NCBI GenBank assembly: GCA_007376385.1
Contig: VMGC01000002.1
Location: forward strand, 64,001 to 128,000
Direction of reading: 5' to 3'
Source: Parcubacteria group bacterium Gr01-1014_8
GTDB lineage: Bacteria; Patescibacteriota; Minisyncoccia; Phycocordibacterales; UBA2100
Length of the DNA: 64,000 nucleotides
Shown here: piece by piece, positions 29,270 to 38,671 of the stretch
Numbering within the stretch: position 1 is the first letter of the stretch
Layout: every line of letters begins with the position of its first letter
The notes under the pieces: generated by a model
What the model saw: the letters and a program-made list of their open reading frames with translations, nothing else
Told to the model about the DNA's origin: nothing
Database searches by the model: none
Made by a program: the position numbers and the translations under genes

Positions 29270-29347
29270 TGCGCCGGACTGGATTCGAACCAGCGAAGAC
29301 CGAAGCCAACGCGTCTGTGCACAAGTCGCCTTGACCATAACCAGGCG
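29270..29347 (-). pseudogene. Degenerate tRNA-like remnant: intact T-arm GCTGGTTCGAATCCAGT, acceptor 3' strand CCGGCGCA and a tRNA-Tyr-like D-loop (TGGTCAAGGCGA), but no foldable acceptor or anticodon stem
   Basis: Shares its 3' acceptor with tRNA-Tyr at 29981. No valid cloverleaf after trying all registers. Inverted orientation relative to tRNA-Tyr. Confidence 0.45.
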
Positions 29348-29364
29348 TTATTTATTCTTTATGT

Positions 29365-30012
29365 ATGGTACGCATCCTAGCAATACCGAGAACGAAATGG
29401 AACGGAATAATAGGTCAGTACAAATCAGGGCTTTCGATGCAACAAGTTGCCGACAAGAATGGCGTATCGATTGATGTTATTACTTACATACTTCGTAAGT
29501 CTAAAGTGCCGCGGCGTTCATTTATTGACGCAAATAGAATTGCGTTTGAATCAAAGAAACCCTCTTTTGCGCTACGCAATCAGAACTCGGATTCATCAAA
29601 GGAGTTAGATTTGATTGGAGCGATGCTCTATTGGGCAGAGGGATATAAGAGAAATACGGCTAGCGGAATAGATTTTGCGAATAGCGATCCTGATATGGCC
29701 TTATTATTCTGGCGATTCCTGAAACATCGTTACAAACTCGACCTCAAGAGGCTCTATTTCTCTGTTTATCACTATGACGATCAACACTTATCCGCTCTTG
29801 TGAAGTTTTGGAAGCATAAGTTGGGTATCTCTGAGGAACTATTTCGACACTCATATATGAAGGGAAATTCGAATCCGAATGCGCGCAAGTTGCCATACGG
29901 TGTTTTACACATTCGCTATATGGATAAAAAGCTTTTGAGAGACGTGCTAACTTTGATAGAATCGTATAAACTACGGTTCTGCGTCGGTGGCGGAGTGGTC
30001 AATCGCAATTGA
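29365..30012 (+). CDS. HTH-domain protein, paralog A of a two-member family; possibly LAGLIDADG-like. The stop codon lies 30 nt inside tRNA-Tyr.
   Basis: N-terminal HTH 'LSMQQVADKNGVSIDVITYILRK'. The conserved block 'LYWAEGYKR...IDFANSDPDMALLFWRFL' matches paralog B 'IYWCEGAKR...FSFTNSDPELISTFLSLL'. Confidence 0.5.
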   Translation: MVRILAIPRTKWNGIIGQYKSGLSMQQVADKNGVSIDVITYILRKSKVPRRSFIDANRIAFESKKPSFALRNQNSDSSKELDLIGAMLYWAEGYKRNTASGIDFANSDPDMALLFWRFLKHRYKLDLKRLYFSVYHYDDQHLSALVKFWKHKLGISEELFRHSYMKGNSNPNARKLPYGVLHIRYMDKKLLRDVLTLIESYKLRFCVGGGVVNRN

Positions 30013-30064
30013 CTGTAGATCAATCGCCCTTTGGGCTACGCAGGTTCGAATCCTGCCCGGCGCA
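29981..30064 (+). tRNA. tRNA-Tyr (anticodon GTA), class II
   Basis: Acceptor GCGTCGG/CCGGCGC (one G-U pair), anticodon arm ATTGA-cTGTAGa-TCAAT, long variable arm, T-arm GCAGGTTCGAATCCTGC. Confidence 0.8.
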
Positions 30065-30115
30065 CAAGTAAGATGGTCAAATTGGGGAGCTTTTTCGCGT
30101 GCTACAATATTCCAG

Positions 30116-30499
30116 ATGAGAGCAGTGCGTTTTGCGCTCGCGTACCTAACTCCCGTTTCTTTAGCGCTTCTGCCGCTCGTTTCAAACGCTGCTTTGCCGG
30201 ATTCCATCGTTCCGTGTAAGGGGCTCGACTGCACAGTGTGCAGCTTGGCGACACTTGCTCAAAACTTGCTGAATGCGGGGATTTTCATGGCTATCTTCAT
30301 ATCCGCGCTTCTCTTTGCCTATGCAGGGTGGCTGTATCTCACCAACGAAGCTATCGGTCAGCAGCAGAAGGCAAAAGGCATGTTTCTGAATGTGGTAGTT
30401 GGACTCGTTCTCATTCTCGGCGCATGGCTCATCGTTGATACTTTGATGAAGGTTATGCTCGGAGGCAGCTACATGCCGTGGAATAGCGTTTGTTCATAG
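30116..30499 (+). CDS. TrbC/VirB2-like pilin-type small membrane protein, paralog 6
   Basis: Signal peptide MRAVRFALAYLTPVSLALLPLVSNA; 'VVGLVLILGAWLIVDTLMKVMLGG' matches paralog 1. Confidence 0.55.
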   Translation: MRAVRFALAYLTPVSLALLPLVSNAALPDSIVPCKGLDCTVCSLATLAQNLLNAGIFMAIFISALLFAYAGWLYLTNEAIGQQQKAKGMFLNVVVGLVLILGAWLIVDTLMKVMLGGSYMPWNSVCS

Positions 30500-30615
30500 G
30501 CCCTGCACGTCTTCGTATTGACCCCATTAGAGAAGGATCATTTCCTTCCAGCTTGTTCTGCGTATTCGCTCTTCAAAAATTGATCGAAATAGGACCAAAG
30601 CATTCTCTAACGGGG

Positions 30616-30644
30616 TTGACCTAGAGCCGCTATTTGGCTATAGT
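30616..30644 (+). promoter_or_regulatory. Canonical sigma70-type promoter: TTGACC - 17 bp - TATAGT, 14 nt upstream of the rpmG ATG
   Basis: Hexamers and spacing seen directly. Confidence 0.5.
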
Positions 30645-30658
30645 GCGCCCGAATCGAT

Positions 30659-30817
30659 ATGTCACAAGATCAACTCATAAAACTCGCGTGTTCGAAGTGC
30701 GCACGCATCAACTACTGGTCCCGCAAGAACAGAAAGCTTGTTACGCGCAAGATAGAAATGAAGAAGTACTGCAAGTGGTGTAAGGCGCACACCATGCATA
30801 AGGAATCTAAAAAGTAA
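30659..30817 (+). CDS. rpmG: 50S ribosomal protein L33 (zinc-ribbon form), 52 aa
   Basis: MSQDQLIKLACSKCARINYWSRKNRKLVTRKIEMKKYCKWCKAHTMHKESKK: two CxxC pairs and the 'K.EmKKYC..C..H..HKE.K' L33 signature. Missing from the ORF track because it is under 60 aa. Confidence 0.85.
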   Translation: MSQDQLIKLACSKCARINYWSRKNRKLVTRKIEMKKYCKWCKAHTMHKESKK

Positions 30818-30829
30818 GCCTTGCCCACT

Positions 30830-31140
30830 TGCAGTGAGAAGGGGCCGGGAAGCGGGAGCGACCAATCATTCTTAGCGGTACTCCGCTTTAGAATGATGAA
30901 GTACTCCTGTGGTGTTTCCCGTGGAGGAAGGCAGCGTGTGAGTTTTGGACGAGCATTGGAAAACCGTGGGCGACCAATTTTTCTTGCCGGTACTCCGGCT
31001 TAGAAAAATGGAGGTACCCTTGAGGTGTGACCAAGAAAATAACGAGGAACGAGTATATTTTCTGAAGTACTCTTGCGGTGTTTCCAAAGTTTTCTTGTGT
31101 TGCCGCAAGCATACGCCGCACAAAGAAGCGAAGAAATAGA
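30830..31140 (+). repeat. Three tandem degenerate partial copies of the rpmG gene, each containing an 11-bp-stem hairpin
   Basis: For example 'agaatgatgaagtactcctgtggtgtttcc' versus rpmG 'agaaatgaagaagtactgcaagtggtgtaagg'. The last copy ends 'CRKHTPHKEAKK*' versus rpmG 'KAHTMHKESKK*'. Confidence 0.6.
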
Positions 31141-31161
31141 AGCGCTTGATATACTGCGTGC

Positions 31162-31764
31162 ATGGTAGAGGAGCTCGGACGAGTGCGCTTGTCATACAAC
31201 AATGAGTTGGACAAGCTTCGTGCCGAACCGGAGAAATTGAGCGATTTACGCAAATTCATCGGCCTTGCCGCTCGCACTGCATATGGTGAATTATTGTTGA
31301 TTCAGGTCCGTGCGGGTATCCCAATCGTGAATGCCGCCCCGGGTCTGCTCAAACTGTTGGACCAGTCTGCGGACAAGGCCGAAGAGTATGAGAAATTAAT
31401 AAGCGGAATCGCATCGAAAGACGAACTCGAGGATAGGGAACGCGGTTTCTGCGTCCTCTTTGTGATACGACCGTTCTTAAATTACATAGCGGAGGTGCAT
31501 GCACACACGCCAGAGAACAACCATAATGCGCGGGCGGCACTCTTATCAATGATGAATGATTTTGTAGAGATAGCCGGACACATGGCCGGAAAAATCAAAG
31601 ATGAAACTGAACGGGATAGAGCCCAAAAAACGGTCGCTGAGTTGAAAGGCATGATAAAGAACAATGTGGTAGGGGAAGCACAATACATTGAGAGAGTAGA
31701 GATTTGTCGTGGCGCTGTTGGGCGTTTTTTCAACATCCTAGACGAGAGATGCATCGTTTGCTGA
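31162..31764 (+). CDS. Hypothetical protein
   Basis: 200-aa ORF; no motif. Confidence 0.35.
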   Translation: MVEELGRVRLSYNNELDKLRAEPEKLSDLRKFIGLAARTAYGELLLIQVRAGIPIVNAAPGLLKLLDQSADKAEEYEKLISGIASKDELEDRERGFCVLFVIRPFLNYIAEVHAHTPENNHNARAALLSMMNDFVEIAGHMAGKIKDETERDRAQKTVAELKGMIKNNVVGEAQYIERVEICRGAVGRFFNILDERCIVC

Positions 31765-31808
31765 TATTATATAACAGAAGTCTTACAACCATCAATTATA
31801 GTCTGATT

Positions 31809-32474
31809 ATGAAGTTAGTTGAGCATGAGCGCGCAATTTCGTTGCGCAAGCAAGGGCGTTCAATGAAGGAAATAGCAAACACTTTGTTTGTTGCAAAGAG
31901 TACAGTTTCGCTTTGGGTTCGAGATATTTCGTTGAGTAGACCTGCACGAAAACGCATACGTTTACTCTATACAAATGGACAGATCGCATCGCAAAAAGCC
32001 AATCGCGCAAAGACCGCACTTAAAGAGCGGCACGCACAAGAGGAAGCGAAACGCATCCTTTCAAAGATTCCGGATAATCGAGAGCTAAAGCAACTTTTAT
32101 GTTGTTTAATATATTGGTGTGAAGGTGCAAAGCGCTATGGGAACATGGGTAATTTTTCTTTCACAAATTCTGATCCCGAGTTAATCTCGACGTTTCTTTC
32201 ATTGCTGAGGGAATCGTTTGAATTGGATGAGGCAAAATTCAGGGTGTGTATGCATTTACACAGTTATCATGATGAGAAGAAGCAGTTGAAATTCTGGTCA
32301 AAAATGACTAGTATTCCAACTGAGCTGTTCATTCGTTCATATCGCAAGAGGGAGAGCGGTATAAGTATCCGAAGTGGGTATCAAGGTTGTATTTCCATCC
32401 GATATCACGATACTGCCTTTCTCCGTCAAATCTTGGCGATAGCGAGTGAATTTCTCAAGAAAAGGGGTCCATAG
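31809..32474 (+). CDS. HTH-domain protein, paralog B (start taken at MKLVEH; alternative starts at 31749 or 31704). Its TAG stop lies inside tRNA-Trp.
   Basis: HTH 'RSMKEIANTLFVAKSTVSLWVRD'. Shares the 'IYWCEG...FTNSDPEL' block with paralog A. Confidence 0.5.
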   Translation: MKLVEHERAISLRKQGRSMKEIANTLFVAKSTVSLWVRDISLSRPARKRIRLLYTNGQIASQKANRAKTALKERHAQEEAKRILSKIPDNRELKQLLCCLIYWCEGAKRYGNMGNFSFTNSDPELISTFLSLLRESFELDEAKFRVCMHLHSYHDEKKQLKFWSKMTSIPTELFIRSYRKRESGISIRSGYQGCISIRYHDTAFLRQILAIASEFLKKRGP

Positions 32475-32535
32475 TTCAGTGGTAGAATATCTCTCTCCAA
32501 AAGAGCAGATCTAGGTTCGATTCCTAGTGGGCCCG
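32465..32535 (+). tRNA. tRNA-Trp (anticodon CCA)
   Basis: Acceptor GGGTCCA/TGGGCCC (one G-U pair), D-arm GTTCAGTGGTAGAAT, anticodon loop cTCCAaa, T-arm CTAGGTTCGATTCCTAG. Confidence 0.75.
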
Positions 32536-32556
32536 AAACTGGTTTATAATGTTGCG

Positions 32557-32886
32557 ATGACTGATAAAGCTCCAGTAGTCAGAGACTATTTAGATCTCGA
32601 AAAGTTGCCGGATGGCTGGAAGAAGGCTCATGAGTATGTGGTGGAAAGACGATCTGAATTACAGAGAATTTACGACGAAGAGGGACAAGGTAAGATGTCT
32701 GTGAATTTTGTTGACCAATTCCGCGAAACGCTTAAGGCAATGAGAAACGAACCTGCCTTTTCTTCTCTTAAAGATTATTTTGTTTACGAATCGAGAAGGG
32801 GAAAACCGGTGATATATTCTTCCAAAATGCTTGAGATTGCATACGAAAGAACCTTACGCAATAGGTTTCCGCAAAGATATAGATAA
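32557..32886 (+). CDS. Hypothetical protein
   Basis: ORF only. Confidence 0.3.
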   Translation: MTDKAPVVRDYLDLEKLPDGWKKAHEYVVERRSELQRIYDEEGQGKMSVNFVDQFRETLKAMRNEPAFSSLKDYFVYESRRGKPVIYSSKMLEIAYERTLRNRFPQRYR

Positions 32887-33056
32887 GGGACTCTCTAATT
32901 TTGATTCGCGAAATTTCGGACTTTAAAACACCTCTAACTTTCGCGTAATTCGATTTCAACATCGCGCGGAGAGGCGGGCAAACGCCCCCCTGGCCCCTGG
33001 CCGGGCAGGCACAAGGTCCAATCGACATATTTGGAGCAAGTGGCATAGTAATTGAT

Positions 33057-33479
33057 ATGCCGTCGGCGGAACGCAAACCAAAAGTACTGATGCTCGATGA
33101 TGAAAAGCTGCTACTTGATATCTATAAGCAGAAATTTGAAAAAGGGGGGTACGAGGTATCAATGTTCTACACTGCAGATGATGCACTCAATGCACTCCGA
33201 AATGGGTACGAGCCTGACGTAATTCTGTTCGATATCACCATTCCCAATAGCAGAAGCGGGTATGATTTTTTGGAAACGCTACAGAAGGACAAATTGAGCA
33301 AGCACAGTCTAAAAGTCGCCCTCTCCAACGAAGGCCAAGACGGAGAAAGAGCGCGCACTGCAGAACTCGGCGCAGACGCCCACTTACTCAAGGCTAATTT
33401 CATTCCGTCAGAACTGGTGACCGTAGTGGATGAGATGCTGCGCAAGAGGAAAAAATCATGGTGGAAGAAGCAACGTTAG
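33057..33479 (+). CDS. Stand-alone response-regulator receiver (CheY-like) protein
   Basis: 'KVLMLDDE', 'ILFDITIP' and a Lys in 'LKANF' match the receiver-domain pattern. No output domain and no kinase gene nearby. Confidence 0.65.
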   Translation: MPSAERKPKVLMLDDEKLLLDIYKQKFEKGGYEVSMFYTADDALNALRNGYEPDVILFDITIPNSRSGYDFLETLQKDKLSKHSLKVALSNEGQDGERARTAELGADAHLLKANFIPSELVTVVDEMLRKRKKSWWKKQR

Positions 33480-33601
33480 ATTCCGCGGGGTGGCACGGCA
33501 ATCTCATTAAAAAATGCCAACATCGTCCCTCTGACCGGGCGGTCGCGGGGCACTCACGAATTTCTGGCCAAATGATGCCTGCATAGTATGATGCTGGCAC
33601 T

Positions 33602-34969
33602 ATGCATCTCTACGGCAATCAGACCGAGCTCGCGAAGAGGCATTTCAAAGTAGGTACCGAGCTCTGGCCGCGAGAGATGATAGAGGCGCAGGTGTTGATA
33701 AAAAAAGCCGCTGCCCAAACCAATACGGCGCTTGGGATCTTAGACAAGCGGGTTGCCGCATCTATTGAACGAGCTGCGGATGAAGTTCTTACAGGAAAAT
33801 TTGCAGACCAATTTCCACTCTCGATATGGCAAAGCGGCAGCGGCACGCAATTCAACATGAATGTGAACGAGGTGCTCGCGTCGCGAGCTACGCAGCTTCT
33901 CGGTAAAGGAGTCCTTCGGACACTCAAGGCGACACCTCAAAAGGGAGGAGTCGCCTTATCAGTTCATCCGAATGACCACATCAATTTGAGCCAGTCTACG
34001 AACGACTCCGTTCCAACAGCAATACACATTGCCGCGCTCTCGATGATAGTAGAAAAGCTTTTACCTGCCCTCGAAACACTCGAGAATTCGCTCGACAAAA
34101 AATCGAAGTCATTCAAAGGCATCATAAAAATCGGACGAACGCATTTGCAGGATGCAGTGCCGCTCACGCTCGGGCAGGAATTCTCCGGTTACGCGAGGCA
34201 AATTGAATTTGCGCGCGAGCATCTAGAAGCGGGAGGCAAGGGTTTATACGAGCTTGTGATAGGCGGGACTGCGCTGGGCACGGAACTAAATGCTCCAAAG
34301 GGATATCGCGCTCGAATAGTCAAGAATATCAACGTGCTCACTGGCATAAAATTCAAGCCGGCAAAAAATTTGTTCGCGAATATGGCTGCCCATGATGCCG
34401 TAGTCGCAACATCCGGCGCTCTAAAAATGGTTGCGACTGCGCTCATGAAAATAGCGAACGATGTACGATTCTTAGGAAGCGGCCCGCGAGCGGGACTCGG
34501 AGAGTTGGTATTGCCCGTGAATGAGCCAGGAAGCTCGATTATGCCCGGCAAAGTGAATCCGACTCAGAGCGAGATGGTGATGATGGTGTGCAGCCAGGTG
34601 TACGGAAATGACACCGCTATCGCGACAGGGGCAGCAACCATGTCGAACTTCGACATGCAGGCGGCGAAGCCGCTGTTTGCACTTTCGCTACTCCAATCTA
34701 TCCGATTGCTCGCTGACGCAACACATTCTTTCGAACATCATTGCATTCGCGGCATTTCAGCAAATAAGGAAAAATTGCGCGAAAACGCAGAGCGGTCATT
34801 GATGCTCGTTACACCTCTCAGTAAACACATAGGGTACGACAAGGCGGGTGAGATAGCCAAAAAAGCGCATAAGGAGAATACGACGCTCGAAGAAGCCGCT
34901 CTCGCGCTCGGGTACGTCACAAAGGAGCAATTTAGAAAGTGGGTCGATGTGAAGAAGATGCTCGGGTGA
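33602..34969 (+). CDS. fumC: Class II fumarate hydratase / aspartate ammonia-lyase family enzyme (FumC-like)
   Basis: 'IWQSGSGTQFNMNVNEV' and the 'GSSIMPGKVNPTQSEM' signature. About 20 aa shorter at the N-terminus than E. coli FumC; an in-frame stop 18 nt upstream rules out an extension. Confidence 0.75.
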   Translation: MHLYGNQTELAKRHFKVGTELWPREMIEAQVLIKKAAAQTNTALGILDKRVAASIERAADEVLTGKFADQFPLSIWQSGSGTQFNMNVNEVLASRATQLLGKGVLRTLKATPQKGGVALSVHPNDHINLSQSTNDSVPTAIHIAALSMIVEKLLPALETLENSLDKKSKSFKGIIKIGRTHLQDAVPLTLGQEFSGYARQIEFAREHLEAGGKGLYELVIGGTALGTELNAPKGYRARIVKNINVLTGIKFKPAKNLFANMAAHDAVVATSGALKMVATALMKIANDVRFLGSGPRAGLGELVLPVNEPGSSIMPGKVNPTQSEMVMMVCSQVYGNDTAIATGAATMSNFDMQAAKPLFALSLLQSIRLLADATHSFEHHCIRGISANKEKLRENAERSLMLVTPLSKHIGYDKAGEIAKKAHKENTTLEEAALALGYVTKEQFRKWVDVKKMLG

Positions 34970-34971
34970 AT

Positions 34972-35838
34972 CTATGCCAAGGGAACAGCATCAGAGATGT
35001 CTTTCTGATCTGGAAATTCCAGCCGTAGTCGTTCGATATCTTCTGTGTCCATTTCCCACTCAATAGCTCCAAGATTTTCTTTTAGATGATCAATATTTGA
35101 AGACTTCGCCAACGTTACGACGTTCTTCTGAGAAATCAGCCAATTAATGGCGATTTGGGCGGGAGTCTTTTTATATTTATCGCACATTTCAATTAAGACT
35201 TGCGGTGCATCAGCTAGAAGCGCGCCCTTTTCAAGAGGTCGCCATGCCGCAAGAAAAACATCATTCTTTTGACAGTAGTCTAGAAGTCCCTCTCGTTCTG
35301 GCTCACGAAATTCGAGGTTGTAATGGACTTGGTTGTATACGATCGGATTTGTGGCGCAACGTCGGGATTCTTCGAGAGCGGCTGTGTTGAAATTTGAAAC
35401 ACCCAGGTTCCTAATAAGTTCCCGGTTTTTCAGCTCATCCATCGCTGCCATTGTTTCTGACAGTAGAACATTGGGGACGTGCCGGTGCAAAATGTATAGG
35501 TCAAAATAATCTGTTCCGACTCTTGCAAGACTCGCTGTGCAGGCGTTGATGAGCGCATCGTGCTCCATGTGATCTGCAAAGACTTTTGAGGCTATGAATA
35601 ATTTCGAGCGATCGTATCCGCGTATCGCTTTGCCTACAAGTTCTTCAGCGTGGCCGGAGGCATATACTTCGGCTGTGTCGATGTGGGTAACTCCCATATC
35701 TATCGCAGCGCGGATGGCGGCGATGTCCGTGGCGTCATTGGTGGTATTGCGGTCATGTCTGCCTCCCATTTGCCATGTGCCTATGCCGAAAACAGGCATA
35801 GAAAAGCCGTTGATCAATGTTTTCTGTGGAATTTCCAT
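34972..35838 (-). CDS. Aldo/keto reductase
   Basis: 'FGIGTWQMG', '[21 protein letters not shown]', 'FIASKV' AKR pattern. Confidence 0.75.
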   Translation of the reverse strand: MEIPQKTLINGFSMPVFGIGTWQMGGRHDRNTTNDATDIAAIRAAIDMGVTHIDTAEVYASGHAEELVGKAIRGYDRSKLFIASKVFADHMEHDALINACTASLARVGTDYFDLYILHRHVPNVLLSETMAAMDELKNRELIRNLGVSNFNTAALEESRRCATNPIVYNQVHYNLEFREPEREGLLDYCQKNDVFLAAWRPLEKGALLADAPQVLIEMCDKYKKTPAQIAINWLISQKNVVTLAKSSNIDHLKENLGAIEWEMDTEDIERLRLEFPDQKDISDAVPLA

Positions 35839-35873
35839 GCGATAGATTATACTGTACCTATCATTTTTTCCGC

Positions 35874-37160
35874 ATGAAGATCCACACTATACAGGCGCGA
35901 GAGATATTGGATTCACGGGGGAATCCGACAGTGGAAGCGGATGTGTATTTGGACGATGGAACAATGGGGCGTGCAGCGGTGCCGTCAGGAGCGTCTACGG
36001 GTGCACACGAAGCGCATGAACTTCGCGACGGAGATAAAAAACGTTATGGAGGGAAAGGCATTCTGAAGGTGGTTACGAATATAAAAGGAGAAATTTCTAA
36101 GGCGCTCATCGGCAAAAAAGCGGAACAGCGAGATATAGATAATGCTCTCATCAAACTTGATGGCACCGAAAATAAAAAGAGGCTTGGAGCAAATGCCATT
36201 CTTGCAGTCTCGCTCGCAACTGCTCACGCAGTCGCTCGCTCAAAGAAACAACACTTGTTCGAATATGTCCATGCTCTTTCTTCATCTCCTCGCAACATGG
36301 TGCTTCCTGTACCCCAGTGCAACGTGGTGAATGGTGGTGCGCACACAAACTGGGAATCGACCGACATACAGGAATTTATGCTCATGCCTATCGGGGCAAA
36401 GACCTTTCGTGAAGGTCTGCGGGCAATTACCGAAGTTTTCCACACACTAAAAGGTGTGTTGAAGGAAAAAGGCTACGGAACTACAGTGGGCGACGAAGGA
36501 GGCTTCGCACCAAAATTGAAAGGAAATGAGGAAGCGCTTACACTCATTGAAGAGGCAACTAAAAAAGCTGGTTACGCGCTCGGAAAAGATATAGTGTTCG
36601 CACTCGACTGTGCGGCGTCCGAACTTTTTGAAAATGGTTCCTATAAACTTCCGAAAGAGGGAAAAACCCTATCTTCCGCTGAAATGGCGGCATGGTATGG
36701 CGCGCTAAAAAAGAAGTACCCGATTGTTTCTATCGAAGACGGACTTGCGGAAGACGATTGGGACGGTTGGAAAAAACTCACTTCGTCGCTCGGAAAGAAT
36801 ACTCAGCTTGTTGGCGACGATTTGCTCGTAACGAACGTAAAATTTCTCGAGCGCGGTATCAAAGAAAAAGCTGCGAACTCGATACTGATCAAAGTGAATC
36901 AGATCGGTACGCTGTCAGAAACTGTTGATGCCGTAGATATGGCTCATAAAGCAGGCTGGACAGCCGTTATTTCCCATCGCTCGGGTGAGACGGAAGACAC
37001 AAGCATTTCGCATATTGTCGTCGGGCTTGGCACAGGACAGATAAAGACCGGCTCTGTCTCTCGCTCGGACAGAACCGCAAAATATAACGAGTTGCTCCGA
37101 ATTGAGGAAATCCTCGGTAAAAAAGCCATGTATGCTGGAGAAAAAGCCCTGAGATCATGA
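35874..37160 (+). CDS. eno: Enolase
   Basis: '[17 protein letters not shown]', '[17 protein letters not shown]'. Start taken at MKIHTIQ. Confidence 0.9.
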   Translation: MKIHTIQAREILDSRGNPTVEADVYLDDGTMGRAAVPSGASTGAHEAHELRDGDKKRYGGKGILKVVTNIKGEISKALIGKKAEQRDIDNALIKLDGTENKKRLGANAILAVSLATAHAVARSKKQHLFEYVHALSSSPRNMVLPVPQCNVVNGGAHTNWESTDIQEFMLMPIGAKTFREGLRAITEVFHTLKGVLKEKGYGTTVGDEGGFAPKLKGNEEALTLIEEATKKAGYALGKDIVFALDCAASELFENGSYKLPKEGKTLSSAEMAAWYGALKKKYPIVSIEDGLAEDDWDGWKKLTSSLGKNTQLVGDDLLVTNVKFLERGIKEKAANSILIKVNQIGTLSETVDAVDMAHKAGWTAVISHRSGETEDTSISHIVVGLGTGQIKTGSVSRSDRTAKYNELLRIEEILGKKAMYAGEKALRS

Positions 37161-38671
37161 GCAGGAGAATAAAGCCGCTTGTATTGGTGGTGCTCGACGG
37201 CTGGGGGTATCGCGAAGACCCGGAACATAACGCAATTGCTGAAGCCAAGATCCCTTTCTTTGATTCGCTTTGGAAAAAGTATCCGCATAGTTTACTGACT
37301 GCGAGCGAGGAAAGCGTAGGACTCCCGGTAGGGCAGATGGGTAATAGCGAGGTGGGGCACATGACCATTGGTGCCGGCAAGGTCATTGATACGGATCTCG
37401 TGCGAATTACAAAAGCGATGCGAGGCGGAGAGTTCAGAGGCAATTCCGCGTTCAATGGATTGTTCCAGCACTGCCTGAGGCATAATTCGACACTGCATGT
37501 CATAGGGTTGGTGTCGACTGGGGGAGTGCATAGTCACATCGAGCATCTTTACGGGTTTCTGCGGGCTGCTAAGGACGCAGGCGTGAGCAATGTGGCGATT
37601 CACGCCATTACTGACGGGCGCGATACTCTGCCGAGAAGCGGCGCAGACTATCTTGTAGACCTCGAGAAAAATCTGAAAGAAATCGGCGTAGGCCGTATTG
37701 CCACGGTCTGCGGTCGCTTTTTCGCTATGGATAGAGATCAGAATTGGGACAGACTCGCACGGGCCGAAGCGGCAATGTTCAAGGGCGCTGCCCCGATGCG
37801 GACATCAAGGCCGTCAGATTTCCTTCGGGCACGCTATGCGGAGGGTACAATAGATGAGTTGCTGGAACCAATCGTCTGTACGGATCTTGAAGGCGGAGCG
37901 TGCACAATTCAAAAAAATGACGGGGTATTTATGTACAACTTCCGGGCAGATCGCGCGAGAATGTTGTCGAAGCGTATTGCGTCAATGTGCGATAAGGACA
38001 ACGTATTTCTCGTTACGATGACTGAATACGACAAGAATGTGAAAACCAATGTCGCATATCCTCCTGTCACCATAACAACTACGCTTGCGGCGGAGATATC
38101 GAAGGCGGGACTTTCTCAAGTGCACATTGCAGAAACGGAAAAATATGCGCATGCAACGTACTTTTTGAACGGCGGTCAGGAAAAACCCCATGATGGAGAG
38201 GAGCATGTACTCATAGAGAGCCGCAAAGACATAGCAACCCATGACATGGCACCGGAGATGCGTGCACGCGAAATAACTGATGCCGCGATAGAACGGATAC
38301 AAAAAGGCGTCGATTTTGTATTCATCAATTACGCAAACGTGGACATGGTGGGGCACACTGCAAACACAAAAGCAATAGTGAAGGCAGTCGAGACAGTCGA
38401 TTCAGAACTTAAAAGACTCGTTGAATCAGTACAGGGGGCAGGCGGCGCAGTATTTGTAACGGCAGATCACGGGAATGCAGAACAAAACTTTGATGTTGCA
38501 ACAGGCGAGAAGCATACAGCACACACCCTAAATGTTGTCCCGGCAATCCTCACAATTGACCGAGGCTTGCTTCGAGACGGGGGTCTTGCTGATGTGACGC
38601 CCACCATTCTTTCGCTCTTTGGATTGCACGTACCTAAAGTAATGACTGGTCAGAATCTCTACAGAAGTTAA
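37157..38671 (+). CDS. gpmI: 2,3-bisphosphoglycerate-independent phosphoglycerate mutase
   Basis: '[11 protein letters not shown]', '[11 protein letters not shown]'; 504 aa. Confidence 0.85.
   Translation: MSRRIKPLVLVVLDGWGYREDPEHNAIAEAKIPFFDSLWKKYPHSLLTASEESVGLPVGQMGNSEVGHMTIGAGKVIDTDLVRITKAMRGGEFRGNSAFNGLFQHCLRHNSTLHVIGLVSTGGVHSHIEHLYGFLRAAKDAGVSNVAIHAITDGRDTLPRSGADYLVDLEKNLKEIGVGRIATVCGRFFAMDRDQNWDRLARAEAAMFKGAAPMRTSRPSDFLRARYAEGTIDELLEPIVCTDLEGGACTIQKNDGVFMYNFRADRARMLSKRIASMCDKDNVFLVTMTEYDKNVKTNVAYPPVTITTTLAAEISKAGLSQVHIAETEKYAHATYFLNGGQEKPHDGEEHVLIESRKDIATHDMAPEMRAREITDAAIERIQKGVDFVFINYANVDMVGHTANTKAIVKAVETVDSELKRLVESVQGAGGAVFVTADHGNAEQNFDVATGEKHTAHTLNVVPAILTIDRGLLRDGGLADVTPTILSLFGLHVPKVMTGQNLYRS

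Noticed and set aside
30830-31140. Possible CRISPR array (three ~80-nt repeats downstream of rpmG)
   Set aside because: The repeats are imperfect (about 70-80% identical), are not separated by unique spacers of uniform size, and are derived from the adjacent rpmG coding sequence. No cas genes are present.
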